The notes below the pieces were generated by a model that ran no database searches, was not told the origin of the DNA, and worked only from the letters and a program-made list of their open reading frames with translations. Position numbers and translations under genes: made by a program. Below are positions 1-8,193 of a stretch of 64,000 bases of DNA, one piece after another. The stretch comes from Myxococcota bacterium (GTDB taxonomy: Bacteria > Myxococcota_A > UBA9160 > SZUA-336). The first letter of the stretch is position 1. Every line of letters starts with the position of its first letter. The stretch is taken from positions 2,496,001 to 2,560,000 of the forward strand of contig CBDFGR010000003.1 in NCBI GenBank assembly GCA_965247115.1, written 5' to 3'.

Positions 1-17
1 AAATAAGGAGGCCGGGA

Positions 18-995
18 ATGGCGAAGGGCGGCAAGAAGGGACCGGGAAAGGCGCACCGTAAGGGCCTGTCGATGGTCGAGGTGGCCAAGATGTTCCCGGA
101 CGACGCGGCGGCCGAGCGCTGGTTCATCGAGGCTCGATGGCCAGATGGCGTGGCCTGCCCCAAGTGCGGCTCCCTGAACATTCAGGAGCGCCCCACGCGC
201 AAGCCCCAGCCCTACCGTTGCCGCGATTGCCGCAAAGATTTCAGTCTCAAAACCGGGACGGTCATGGAGAACTCCAAGAAGGGCTACCAGGTCTGGGCCT
301 TCGCCATCTACCTGATGAACACCAACCTCAAGGGCGTTGCGTCGATGAAGCTGCACCGTGATCTACACGTCACTCAGCGCACGGCCTGGCATTTGGCCCA
401 CCGAATCCGTGAGGTGTGGCAGGATGGGAGCGGTGGAGAGCAGCCCTTCGCGGGGCCGGTGGAAGTCGATGAGACGTATCTGGGCGGGCGGGAACGCAAC
501 AAACACGCCCGAAAGAAGTTGCGGCTGGGGAGAGGACCCGTGGGCAAAACCGCTGTAGTCGGCGTGAAGGATCGGACCACAAAGCGCGTGAGCGCTGTCG
601 TTGTGTCCGCGACGGACTCCGCGACCCTCCAGGGGTTCGTTGCCAGTCGAGTCTCACCAGGCGCGAAGGTCTACACCGACGACGCGACCGCGTACAGCGG
701 CTATCCGAACCGCGAGAGCGTCCGTCACAGCGTGGGGGAGTACGTGCGAGGCCAAGCACATACGAACGGCGTGGAGTCGTTCTGGTCAATGCTCAAGCGT
801 GGCTATCAGGGGACGTATCACAAGATGTCCCCGAAGCACCTAAACCGCTACGTCTGCGAATTCGCCGGGCGGCACAACGTCCGTGAGTACGACACGCTCG
901 ACCAGATGCGGACCGTGGCGAGTGCGATGTTCGGGAAGCGCCTGCGATACCGGGATCTAATTCAGGCCACCGGGGCGTCGGCGGAGACGACGTGA
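18..995 (+). CDS. IS1595-family (ISXO2-like) transposase
   Basis: Zn ribbon CPKC..CRDC, HTH, catalytic motifs VEVDETY / YTDD / HTNGVESFWSMLKR, C-terminal KRLRYRDL; RBS AGGAGG upstream. Confidence 0.95.
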   Translation: MAKGGKKGPGKAHRKGLSMVEVAKMFPDDAAAERWFIEARWPDGVACPKCGSLNIQERPTRKPQPYRCRDCRKDFSLKTGTVMENSKKGYQVWAFAIYLMNTNLKGVASMKLHRDLHVTQRTAWHLAHRIREVWQDGSGGEQPFAGPVEVDETYLGGRERNKHARKKLRLGRGPVGKTAVVGVKDRTTKRVSAVVVSATDSATLQGFVASRVSPGAKVYTDDATAYSGYPNRESVRHSVGEYVRGQAHTNGVESFWSMLKRGYQGTYHKMSPKHLNRYVCEFAGRHNVREYDTLDQMRTVASAMFGKRLRYRDLIQATGASAETT

Positions 996-1759
996 TGGAT
1001 GGCTCGGTTCAAGCGTCAGCCACAAAGCAGCGGAAATCTCGTAGCCCCCGCATAAAGCGCCCAACTATCAAGATGCTTCCGGCGGCTGATGTGCTGGATA
1101 CGCTTGCGGTGGTTCCACCCGTAAATGCGGTCATACTCGACCCTTGGTACAACAAAGGAGTCGGTGGATTCCGACCAGATTATGACGGTTGGCTTACCGA
1201 CGTCATCCATGCTGCGTGCAAGATTTCTGAACACGTCTTCATCTGGGGATTTCCGGAAATTATCGCCCACCAGATCGCTCACATCCCATCGGGTTTCGGT
1301 CTTGTGGCATGGCTCACGTGGTACTACAAGAACTGTCCTTCCGTCATTAGAGGGTGGAGATCAGCGCAGAATACTTGCCTGCACATAGCATCGGACAACG
1401 CGCCGGTTTACCCGGAGCACTTCTTGAATGAGGAGCAACTCAAACGCTTCTACAATGGGAAGATGCGTTTTGTGCCCGGCCCTTCCTCGGTACTGGAAGC
1501 GTCGCTCAATATCGGATTTGTTGGGCGTTCAGAGCAGACGGGCCACCCGGCTCAAAAACCGCTTTCGGTGATTGAGCCGTTGCTGTCCATGTCCACCAAA
1601 GAGAACGACACTGTACTTGACCCCATGTGCGGCTCTGGAACCACGGGCGAAGCGTGCCTTCGCCTCAAGCGAAATGGAATCCTCTGTGACAATTCTCCCG
1701 AATCCCTAACTCTGACGCGATCAAGAATCGCAAAGCACCGGCGTTTGAATGGAAGATAG
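992..1759 (+). CDS. beta-class N6-adenine/N4-cytosine DNA methyltransferase
   Basis: Motif IV variant DPWY near the N-terminus, HPAQKP, motif I VLDPMCGSGTT near the C-terminus (beta order); overlaps the transposase stop. Confidence 0.9.
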   Translation: MMDGSVQASATKQRKSRSPRIKRPTIKMLPAADVLDTLAVVPPVNAVILDPWYNKGVGGFRPDYDGWLTDVIHAACKISEHVFIWGFPEIIAHQIAHIPSGFGLVAWLTWYYKNCPSVIRGWRSAQNTCLHIASDNAPVYPEHFLNEEQLKRFYNGKMRFVPGPSSVLEASLNIGFVGRSEQTGHPAQKPLSVIEPLLSMSTKENDTVLDPMCGSGTTGEACLRLKRNGILCDNSPESLTLTRSRIAKHRRLNGR

Positions 1760-2396
1760 AAATGCCACCATTCAAGGAACATACCGCCAGGGGTCGATAC
1801 GGAAGCGCATCAAGGCATTCTTTCTGGATAATCCTGGTAAAGTGGCCACTCGTGAACAGTTGATCGAAGTTGCAACTGACCCCGAGTCGGGACGTATCCC
1901 TGAAAACTGGCATCAACGCCTTTCGGAATTACGAACCGACGAGGGTTATACGATCCTATCTTGGCGAAACCGAGACGAGCTGAAGGTCAGTGAGTACATG
2001 ATGCCGAACGCGGAGCGCCGAGCTACAGCACTCCGCCGTACACGCCCCACGGCAGCTACTTGGAAACTCGTTTTAGCTCAATACGAAGATCGGTGCGCTT
2101 GGCAGGAAAGCGGCATAACTTGCAACTTGCGTAACGGCGATACCGACCTTGTGGGCGGAGGGACAGTCAAACTCACACCTGACCATCGAACGCCTCACGC
2201 ACTTCACGCTGAGGCTAACCCCAAAGACCCGACAAAATGGCAACCCCTTTGCGGGCGTCACCAAGTCATGAAGAAGAACTATTGGGATGATGAAACCGGC
2301 TGGCTTAATGTCTTCGCCATTGTTCAGTCGGCGTCCGAGGTGCAAAAGCGTGAAGTCTTTGAGTTCCTGAAGCAGTATTTTGGAGAGTCGAGATGA
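1749..2396 (+). CDS. HNH type II restriction endonuclease, R.KpnI-like
   Basis: Segments PENWHQRLSELRTD-GYTILSWR, GGGTVKLTPDH and LCGRHQVMKKNYWD match R.KpnI as I recall it; CCCH zinc ligands present; adjacent to an MTase. Confidence 0.85.
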   Translation: MEDRNATIQGTYRQGSIRKRIKAFFLDNPGKVATREQLIEVATDPESGRIPENWHQRLSELRTDEGYTILSWRNRDELKVSEYMMPNAERRATALRRTRPTAATWKLVLAQYEDRCAWQESGITCNLRNGDTDLVGGGTVKLTPDHRTPHALHAEANPKDPTKWQPLCGRHQVMKKNYWDDETGWLNVFAIVQSASEVQKREVFEFLKQYFGESR

Positions 2397-2581
2397 CCGC
2401 AAACCGTAATCAGTCAGAGTCGAACAAACAGAAACGTCGCCGAGGCCGGCCGGAGAAGCTGGTCATGCCCGACCCGATCCCGGACACACCGGAGAATGTC
2501 GCGCGAGCGCTGATGCGTAGTCCGCCGAAGAAGGAAGACGAGTGGCGCTATCTCAAGCCTGGATCACGAGCTCGGAAGTGA
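2393..2581 (+). CDS. small basic IS1595-associated peptide
   Basis: 62 aa, ATGA overlap with the REase; KRRRGRP..PDPIPDTPENVARALMRSPPKK. Confidence 0.6.
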   Translation: MTANRNQSESNKQKRRRGRPEKLVMPDPIPDTPENVARALMRSPPKKEDEWRYLKPGSRARK

Positions 2582-2590
2582 TCGGGGCCT

Positions 2591-2603
2591 TGGGTAAACA
2601 GCG
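2591..2603. repeat. truncated copy of the IS-end sequence TGGGTAAACAGCG (direct repeat of 3012-3024)
   Basis: Exact 13 bp match; both copies have GATCGG a few bases upstream. Confidence 0.8.
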
Positions 2604-2642
2604 TGAAGGAAGTCAGACGGACGCAAGAAGGGGAATGAGCAA

Positions 2643-2936
2643 ATGACCGATCGACGTAGCGACGGCGGCATCAAGGTTCTGTCTGACGAAGATATGACCG
2701 CAACCATACGTAATACTGGCGTTCCATCTCAGGTGTCCACTTGGGCGTATAGCGACAACGGCCAGACCCAAGAAGACGGAAAGGTCGTTCTTGTTCTGAC
2801 TCCAGATCCGAAGTTGGAGGGGAAGTATCCCCAGACCTCTCTTTGGGATCGGCGTGACCTGATTCAGATGGCGCGGGACACTCTTCGCCTTCTTGCTCCG
2901 AGTCCTGAGGATGAGACTCGCCTCCCGGGAAGCTGA
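2643..2936 (+). CDS. hypothetical protein (passenger between IS-end repeats)
   Basis: 97 aa ORF with purine-rich upstream region; no recognisable family. Confidence 0.45.
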   Translation: MTDRRSDGGIKVLSDEDMTATIRNTGVPSQVSTWAYSDNGQTQEDGKVVLVLTPDPKLEGKYPQTSLWDRRDLIQMARDTLRLLAPSPEDETRLPGS

Positions 2937-2976
2937 TGAGATCACCCATGGCGGCAGCCTCGATAGGTGGTTGATT

Positions 2977-2997
2977 CAGTCAAAGTACCTAATTCCC
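2977..2997. repeat. second, different IS1595-like terminal repeat (CAGTCAAAGTACCTAATTCCC)
   Basis: Reverse complement GGGAATTAGGTACTTTGACTG has the same GGG.ATTA start as the 3011-3035 end. Confidence 0.55.
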
Positions 2998-3062
2998 ATT
3001 AGATCGGAATCTGGGTAAACAGCGATATAATCCCCCAACAATAGGCAAGCAGAAACTCTGGA

Positions 3063-4205
3063 TTAATCCGCGAAGCGCGGATCCGTCCCCAGGAGGCCGA
3101 GATCCGCCAGCATGGGGCGGAACTTGCTGCGCTTGATGCGCTCCTCAAAGCCGGCGCGGCGTAGGCGGGAGAAGTACTCCTCGATCTGCTTGATCTGCAT
3201 GGTGCCTACGATCTCGATGCCGGTCTTGATCTGGTCGGGCTTGGTGCCCTTGCCGGCCAGGACGATCATGCACTCGTTCAGTGCGGCGTCGAACTGGTAG
3301 ATCGAGAAGGTCTCGCCCTCGTCGAGCGCCTGGTGGAGCTCCTCTTTGCGCTCGGGGGTCTCGTCCATGATCCACTTCAGGTGCTGCATGCCGTAGGAGA
3401 CGTGGCGTGCCTCGTCCTGCATCACGAGCTGGAACATGCGCTTGTCGACCGGGGTGGGGGAGATGAACTCGCTGAAGCGGAACATAGTGAGCACGTTCCC
3501 CTCGGCGAGCAGGTGCATGAAGGCGCTGGCGTCGCTGTAAGAGTCGCCGTCCAGGATGGCCTTGAGCGACTGCTCGGCCTGGGGCATGGCCTGCATGAGG
3601 CCGACGCCGCCCGCGAGGGCGCGCTTGCGGAACACCTCGGCGTGTCGCGCCTCGTCCATGGCCTGCGTGGCGATGAACTGCTTGACCTCGTGGAACTGGT
3701 TGTTCATGCGCCAGGCCCACTTGGCCGGGAGATCGGTGGCGATCATCTCGACCTCGGTGAAGAAGGTGCATAGCTGGGCGAAGGCGATCTCCTGCTCCTC
3801 GCTGCGCTCGTAGGTGTCGAGGTCCGCCCAGGGGATGTCCGTGCTGGCGTTCCACTGGCGGCTCACGGCCTCCTCGGTGAAGGACGCGACCCGGTAGGCC
3901 CACACCTCGCTCTTGCGGTTGAGCTCGGGCGAGAGGTCCGCCTGCTCCTCGACGTCGAAGGCGGCGCCGCGAGGCGCGGAGCCGCGTGGACCGCGCGGGA
4001 CTTCGGGCAAGTCGTCATAGCCGTAGCTGCCCTGGTTCAGGTCCAGGTGTGTGAGGCCCCGCTTGGGGTTGTCGGCGTTGAACTCGAGCTGCTCCGTGCC
4101 GGCGTCGAGCCAGCCCAGGTCGAGGTTGCCCTTCTTGATGTCGCGCATGCGCAGGACGAAGTCGTCGTTGTAGTTGTAGTCTTCGACGGAACCGAAGTAG
4201 CCCAT
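3063..4205 (-). CDS. ferritin-like di-iron carboxylate protein (intact site)
   Basis: Ligand pattern E (TEVE), DEARH, E (LAEG), DEARH. Confidence 0.85.
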   Translation of the reverse strand: MGYFGSVEDYNYNDDFVLRMRDIKKGNLDLGWLDAGTEQLEFNADNPKRGLTHLDLNQGSYGYDDLPEVPRGPRGSAPRGAAFDVEEQADLSPELNRKSEVWAYRVASFTEEAVSRQWNASTDIPWADLDTYERSEEQEIAFAQLCTFFTEVEMIATDLPAKWAWRMNNQFHEVKQFIATQAMDEARHAEVFRKRALAGGVGLMQAMPQAEQSLKAILDGDSYSDASAFMHLLAEGNVLTMFRFSEFISPTPVDKRMFQLVMQDEARHVSYGMQHLKWIMDETPERKEELHQALDEGETFSIYQFDAALNECMIVLAGKGTKPDQIKTGIEIVGTMQIKQIEEYFSRLRRAGFEERIKRSKFRPMLADLGLLGTDPRFAD

Positions 4206-4214
4206 GCCTAGCTC

Positions 4215-5297
4215 CTATTCGCGAAGCAGCTTCAAGAACCCGCCCAGCGGGGTCCGCTCTCGTCGGTTGCCAAGGCCTGCGCCAGAGCAGCGAGTCAGGT
4301 ACTCGGCGGTGGCACTCTCGTAGAGGGCGATCACGGGTTCGAGGCCGCCCGAGAGCAGGATCAGCGGCTCGATTATCTCGCGCGCGCCCAGCGCACCGAC
4401 CAGTCCGTTCTCGAGCGGGTCGAGGTGATCCCCGAGCTCTTCGACCATGAGCGGTCGGGCACTGGTCAAGGTGCGGATGTGGTCGACTCCGTAGGCGAGA
4501 AAGCGCGAGGCGTCCTGCGTGAGTCGCGTGCCCAGGTACTCGTCCGCCGCGTTGTCGGCGAGGAACTCGAGCTGACGGCCCAGCGCCTGCACGAACGAGA
4601 ACAGCATGACGTTCATCGAGACCGACGCCTGCGGGTAGGTGTCGGACTCCAGGATCATCTTGAGCAGCTCGCCGAGCGGTTTCGAGTCGATGCCGAGCGA
4701 CCCTGCGCCGTAGAGCGCGCGCTTTCGGAAGGCTTCCGCGAAGCGGGCTGCATCGAACATCTGGACGCACATGAGGTACTTGATCTCGTGGAACTCCTGG
4801 TTCATCCGCCAAACCCAGTACGCGGGAACGTCTGCACAGACGAGTCCGATCGATACGAGCGAGGTGGAGAGCTGGCGAATCGCTAGCTCGCGCTGGTCCG
4901 CGTGATCACGGCCGTCCAGGGTCTGCCAGGGGACGTCACGGGCCGGTGTCCAGCGGCGGGACTTTGCCTCTTCGAAGAGCTGCGGCGCCAGGTCGGACCA
5001 GACGTCGCTCTTGCGATTGACCTGGTAGCCCAGCGACGGGAGCCCCGGCGGCAGGAGGGCTCCGCGAGGCGCCATCGAGAAGTTGTGGCGCACGATCTCC
5101 GGGATGCGATCGGGTCCGTAGCCGCCACTATTGATGTCGTCGAGAGTGAGGCCACGCTCGGCGTGGGAGGGGCGGAAGGAGGCGCGCTCGCCGACGTTCT
5201 TCATCCAGGAGAGGTCGAGCTCCCCCGCCATGAGGCGCAGGATCTTCTCTGCGACATCAGGATCGGTGGCGTAATCCTTGGGGGCGAGATAGGCCAA
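4215..5297 (-). CDS. ferritin-like paralogue lacking iron ligands
   Basis: Collinear with the downstream gene (GELDLSW, RGLT..DINSGGYG, APRGA, WRMNQEFHEIK, FRKRAL) but has DAARF and DASRF in place of DEARH; TTG start at 5297 inferred. Confidence 0.8.
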   Translation of the reverse strand: MAYLAPKDYATDPDVAEKILRLMAGELDLSWMKNVGERASFRPSHAERGLTLDDINSGGYGPDRIPEIVRHNFSMAPRGALLPPGLPSLGYQVNRKSDVWSDLAPQLFEEAKSRRWTPARDVPWQTLDGRDHADQRELAIRQLSTSLVSIGLVCADVPAYWVWRMNQEFHEIKYLMCVQMFDAARFAEAFRKRALYGAGSLGIDSKPLGELLKMILESDTYPQASVSMNVMLFSFVQALGRQLEFLADNAADEYLGTRLTQDASRFLAYGVDHIRTLTSARPLMVEELGDHLDPLENGLVGALGAREIIEPLILLSGGLEPVIALYESATAEYLTRCSGAGLGNRRERTPLGGFLKLLRE

Positions 5298-5440
5298 TCC
5301 GCATCCGTCCCTGGTGGAACTCTGCGAGTATAGCCAGCGATGGACCCGGGCGCCGAACGGGCTGGCCGAGAGCGACTGGAGGATAATTCCCACATTTCCC
5401 CGTTGGATGTGATATGAGATGCATTCAAATGGGACTCTCC

Positions 5441-5986
5441 ATGACGCGACTCCTACGGCATTGCGGTGCAACCGCTTTCGCGATCCTGGTGTCGTTCGCC
5501 GGGGTTGCAGGCGCGGCCAGCATCCCCGTCGAGGTGATCAGAGGCGGCGTCGACGATGACCCGCTGAGCTGGGACGCCAAGTTCGTCTCGCTGACGTCCG
5601 ACTACGTCAAGACCCTCCAGCTCGCGAAGGTCGACGCGGGGAGCTGCATCGGGCGGATCGCCTGCGACCTCGACCTGTCGGCCGACGACCACTGGGAGTA
5701 CTTGATCGTCCAGGCGAACGGCTACTCGGCTCTCTATTGGCTCGACGGTGGGGCGAGCTACGCGGGAATCGACGTCTCGAGCTGGGGGCTTGCCAGCATC
5801 GGGGGTACCGAGTTCAGCGGGAGCTGGCCGAAGCGAGGCAGTTTCCCCGATGTCTCGAGCATTCGCGCCGGGGCCTCGGCACCGATGCCCGAGCCCGGAT
5901 CTGCCGTCCTATTCGCGGTGGGCAGCCTTGTCGTTGGGGTCGCCACGCGGCGACGATCCCGACGGTCGTCGACCCAGCCTGATTAG
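5441..5986 (+). CDS. PEP-CTERM sorting-domain surface protein
   Basis: Signal peptide; C-terminal MPEPGS + TM helix + RRRSRR. Confidence 0.85.
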   Translation: MTRLLRHCGATAFAILVSFAGVAGAASIPVEVIRGGVDDDPLSWDAKFVSLTSDYVKTLQLAKVDAGSCIGRIACDLDLSADDHWEYLIVQANGYSALYWLDGGASYAGIDVSSWGLASIGGTEFSGSWPKRGSFPDVSSIRAGASAPMPEPGSAVLFAVGSLVVGVATRRRSRRSSTQPD

Positions 5987-6187
5987 CGAGGGGCCTTACC
6001 GCCCCCGGACTCCGCCGCGGCTGGCTCCGTCCATCGGGCGGAAGTACCCGTAGCTAGAGGATTTTCGCGATCGGGAGCGTGCAGGGATCACCGTCACCCT
6101 CCTGATCTTGCGGGTATTTCCCCCTGCTGCGCGAAAGTGTGGTACTGTCACCATGGTGACCTTCGGGGGGTGGCACGGGGGTCAGGA

Positions 6188-6877
6188 ATGAAAACGCCTC
6201 TATCGCTCGGACCGGGACTGGGTGTTCTCGTGTTGATGCTCGTCAGCGCACACCCTGCGGCGGCGGCGACCATCTACTTCGAAGACTTCGAGGGTGGTGC
6301 GCCCGGGTCCGAATGGTCGGACACCTCGACGGACGTCACTCCGCTCGGCGGGGACAAGTTCCTGGGCCAGTTCGGTGCGGAGGAGGACTGGACGAGCGTG
6401 AGCCTCTCGCTCTCCGGCCTGGGGTCACACGATTCGTTGACCCTGTCTTTCGATCTCTATCTCGGCGGTTCGTGGGACGGGAACCGGACGAACAACGGCG
6501 GGGAGGACCAGTGGACCCTGGACGTCGACGGGGTCACGCTGCTCGGCACGACGTTCAGCAACAGAGACAGGTGGCTGCAGGCGTATCCCGGAGGGTTCCC
6601 CGGTGGGGACAATCAGGCAGGGACCGGGGCCGTCGCAGAGGATACGCTCGGCTTCTACAACGGCGACTCGACGTACAGCGTGAGCTTCACCTTTGCCCAC
6701 CTGGATCCCAACGCCGTGATGACTTTCAATAGCTGGGTCACCGGGAACGACGAGAAGTTTGGGCTCGACAACGTCCACGTGACCACGCCCATGCCGGAGC
6801 CCGGCTCGATGCTGCTCTTCGGTTCCGGGATGGCCCTGGTCGGGCTCTTCGGACGGCGCAAGGGGCGTCCCAGCTAG
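6188..6877 (+). CDS. PEP-CTERM sorting-domain surface protein (beta-sandwich-like)
   Basis: Signal peptide ending AAAA; acidic beta-rich body; C-terminal MPEPGS + TM + RRK. Confidence 0.9.
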   Translation: MKTPLSLGPGLGVLVLMLVSAHPAAAATIYFEDFEGGAPGSEWSDTSTDVTPLGGDKFLGQFGAEEDWTSVSLSLSGLGSHDSLTLSFDLYLGGSWDGNRTNNGGEDQWTLDVDGVTLLGTTFSNRDRWLQAYPGGFPGGDNQAGTGAVAEDTLGFYNGDSTYSVSFTFAHLDPNAVMTFNSWVTGNDEKFGLDNVHVTTPMPEPGSMLLFGSGMALVGLFGRRKGRPS

Positions 6878-6996
6878 CTCTCCTTGAGGGCGCGCTCGAC
6901 ACCCGCGAGCCGGCGCTCGCTGCCTCGCGACGGCGGGCGTAGGTGGACAGCTCAGGGCCTCGACCGCGACAACTGGGGGGGTGTCTCGAGGGTAAC

Positions 6997-7998
6997 TCAG
7001 GTCGCGCGCGCTCGGGCCACCATGAAGGTGATGGGCTCGTTCATTCCAATGGGCTCGAGAGCGATTTCGGGATGTGCGTGCGCGAACACGCGGAACACCT
7101 CGTCGCAAAAGCCCTGTCCCACCACTTCGACGCCGCCGAAGTCGAGGATCACATGGGTGAACTTCGCGAGACCCTCGACCAGGCGTCTCGCCTCCGAGCG
7201 AGATACGAGCGCTGTTCCGAAGGTGCTCAGTCGGATGGTGGCGCGAGTCCGCGTGAAGGCCAGAGTCTGCGGATCGGTGTACCTGCGAAAGACGTCCTCG
7301 AGCTGGGGGGTGCGTCCACGCACGACCTCGAGGACGACTTGAGTTCCGCGCAGCGCTGCGCCCGAGCCTACGGCGCTGTCCGCGGCGAGGTTGTCGACGA
7401 TCCAGGCTACACCCTGGCTCTCGAGCCGGAAGCGAGCCACCGCCTTCGACGAGAAGAACAACCCCTCGCCGCTGTGCTGCGCGGGTTCGCTCGTGAGCTT
7501 GCCCTTCTCGAGCTGCACGATGGCGTCGTGCGGGGTCTCGAAGCCGAAGTCCTCGCACAGGCGGTGGAACACGCCGACGCCGTCGTCTCGCACGGTCGCG
7601 ACCGTAGCGCCCGCCGCGCGGAACTCGATCTGCACCTCGACCCGCGTGCCCCGCGAGTGCTCCACGGCGTTGTTGATGACCTCGGTGGCCGCGTACAGAA
7701 GGCTCCGAGCCTCCGCTGGCGCGAGCGGGCGGATGCGTGCGATGCGCTCGGCCACCTCGCCCCAGGCGCGGTCCTCCTCCAGCCCGCGCAGGCGGAAGCG
7801 CCGGCGCACCGGCCGCAGCGAGTAGCGCGCGGCGGGGCCCCTACCGTGGCGTTGCAGCACCTCCCCCACGACAAGGGCGTGCAGTAGGCGATGGGCAGTG
7901 GCAGCCGACACGCGGAGTGCCTTGACCACGTCGCGGTTGGCCACCTCGCCGCGGCGGTCGACCAGGTCGCACAGCCGCTCCGGACGACTCTTTGGCAT
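6997..7998 (-). CDS. wHTH + HATPase_c (anti-sigma-like) + STAS-like DUF4325 protein
   Basis: N-terminal HTH; EVINNAVEHS, DDGVG and GEGLFF ATPase boxes; C-terminal LVSRSEARRL..ILDFGGVEVVGQGFCDEVFRVF; start 7998 or 8019. Confidence 0.85.
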   Translation of the reverse strand: MPKSRPERLCDLVDRRGEVANRDVVKALRVSAATAHRLLHALVVGEVLQRHGRGPAARYSLRPVRRRFRLRGLEEDRAWGEVAERIARIRPLAPAEARSLLYAATEVINNAVEHSRGTRVEVQIEFRAAGATVATVRDDGVGVFHRLCEDFGFETPHDAIVQLEKGKLTSEPAQHSGEGLFFSSKAVARFRLESQGVAWIVDNLAADSAVGSGAALRGTQVVLEVVRGRTPQLEDVFRRYTDPQTLAFTRTRATIRLSTFGTALVSRSEARRLVEGLAKFTHVILDFGGVEVVGQGFCDEVFRVFAHAHPEIALEPIGMNEPITFMVARARAT

Positions 7999-8056
7999 GA
8001 GGTATCCTACTCTATTCACCTCAGTTTATCGAGGCGATGTAATCTTGATCACCTCA
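7998..8056. promoter_or_regulatory. two tandem inverted-repeat operator-like sites
   Basis: TGAGGTAT-n10-TCACCTCA (7998-8023) and CGAGGCGA-n11-TCACCTCA (8030-8056). Confidence 0.4.
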
Positions 8057-8193
8057 CAACTAGAAGAGTCCCGCCGAGAACGAAATGCGTAAGAGACCTG
8101 CACCGAACTTCACCGACGAGGACTCCTCTTTTCTGGCGTCGCGGAGTAGGATACCCGGACCCAGAGATCCGATCTCAGCATCGCGGAGGAAGC

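Larger units (their letters stand above)
1..3035 (+). mobile_element. IS1595-family cargo-carrying element (left end lies outside the window)
   Basis: IS1595 transposase followed by tightly coupled lower-GC passenger genes. The right end resembles IS1595 termini (CTGGGTAAACAGCGATATAATCCCC, 3011-3035). The left IR and TSD are not visible. Confidence 0.75.

Noticed and set aside
2591..3024. 13 bp direct repeats as a CRISPR or attC array
   Set aside because: Only two copies about 420 bp apart, no cas or integrase gene, and better explained as IS ends.
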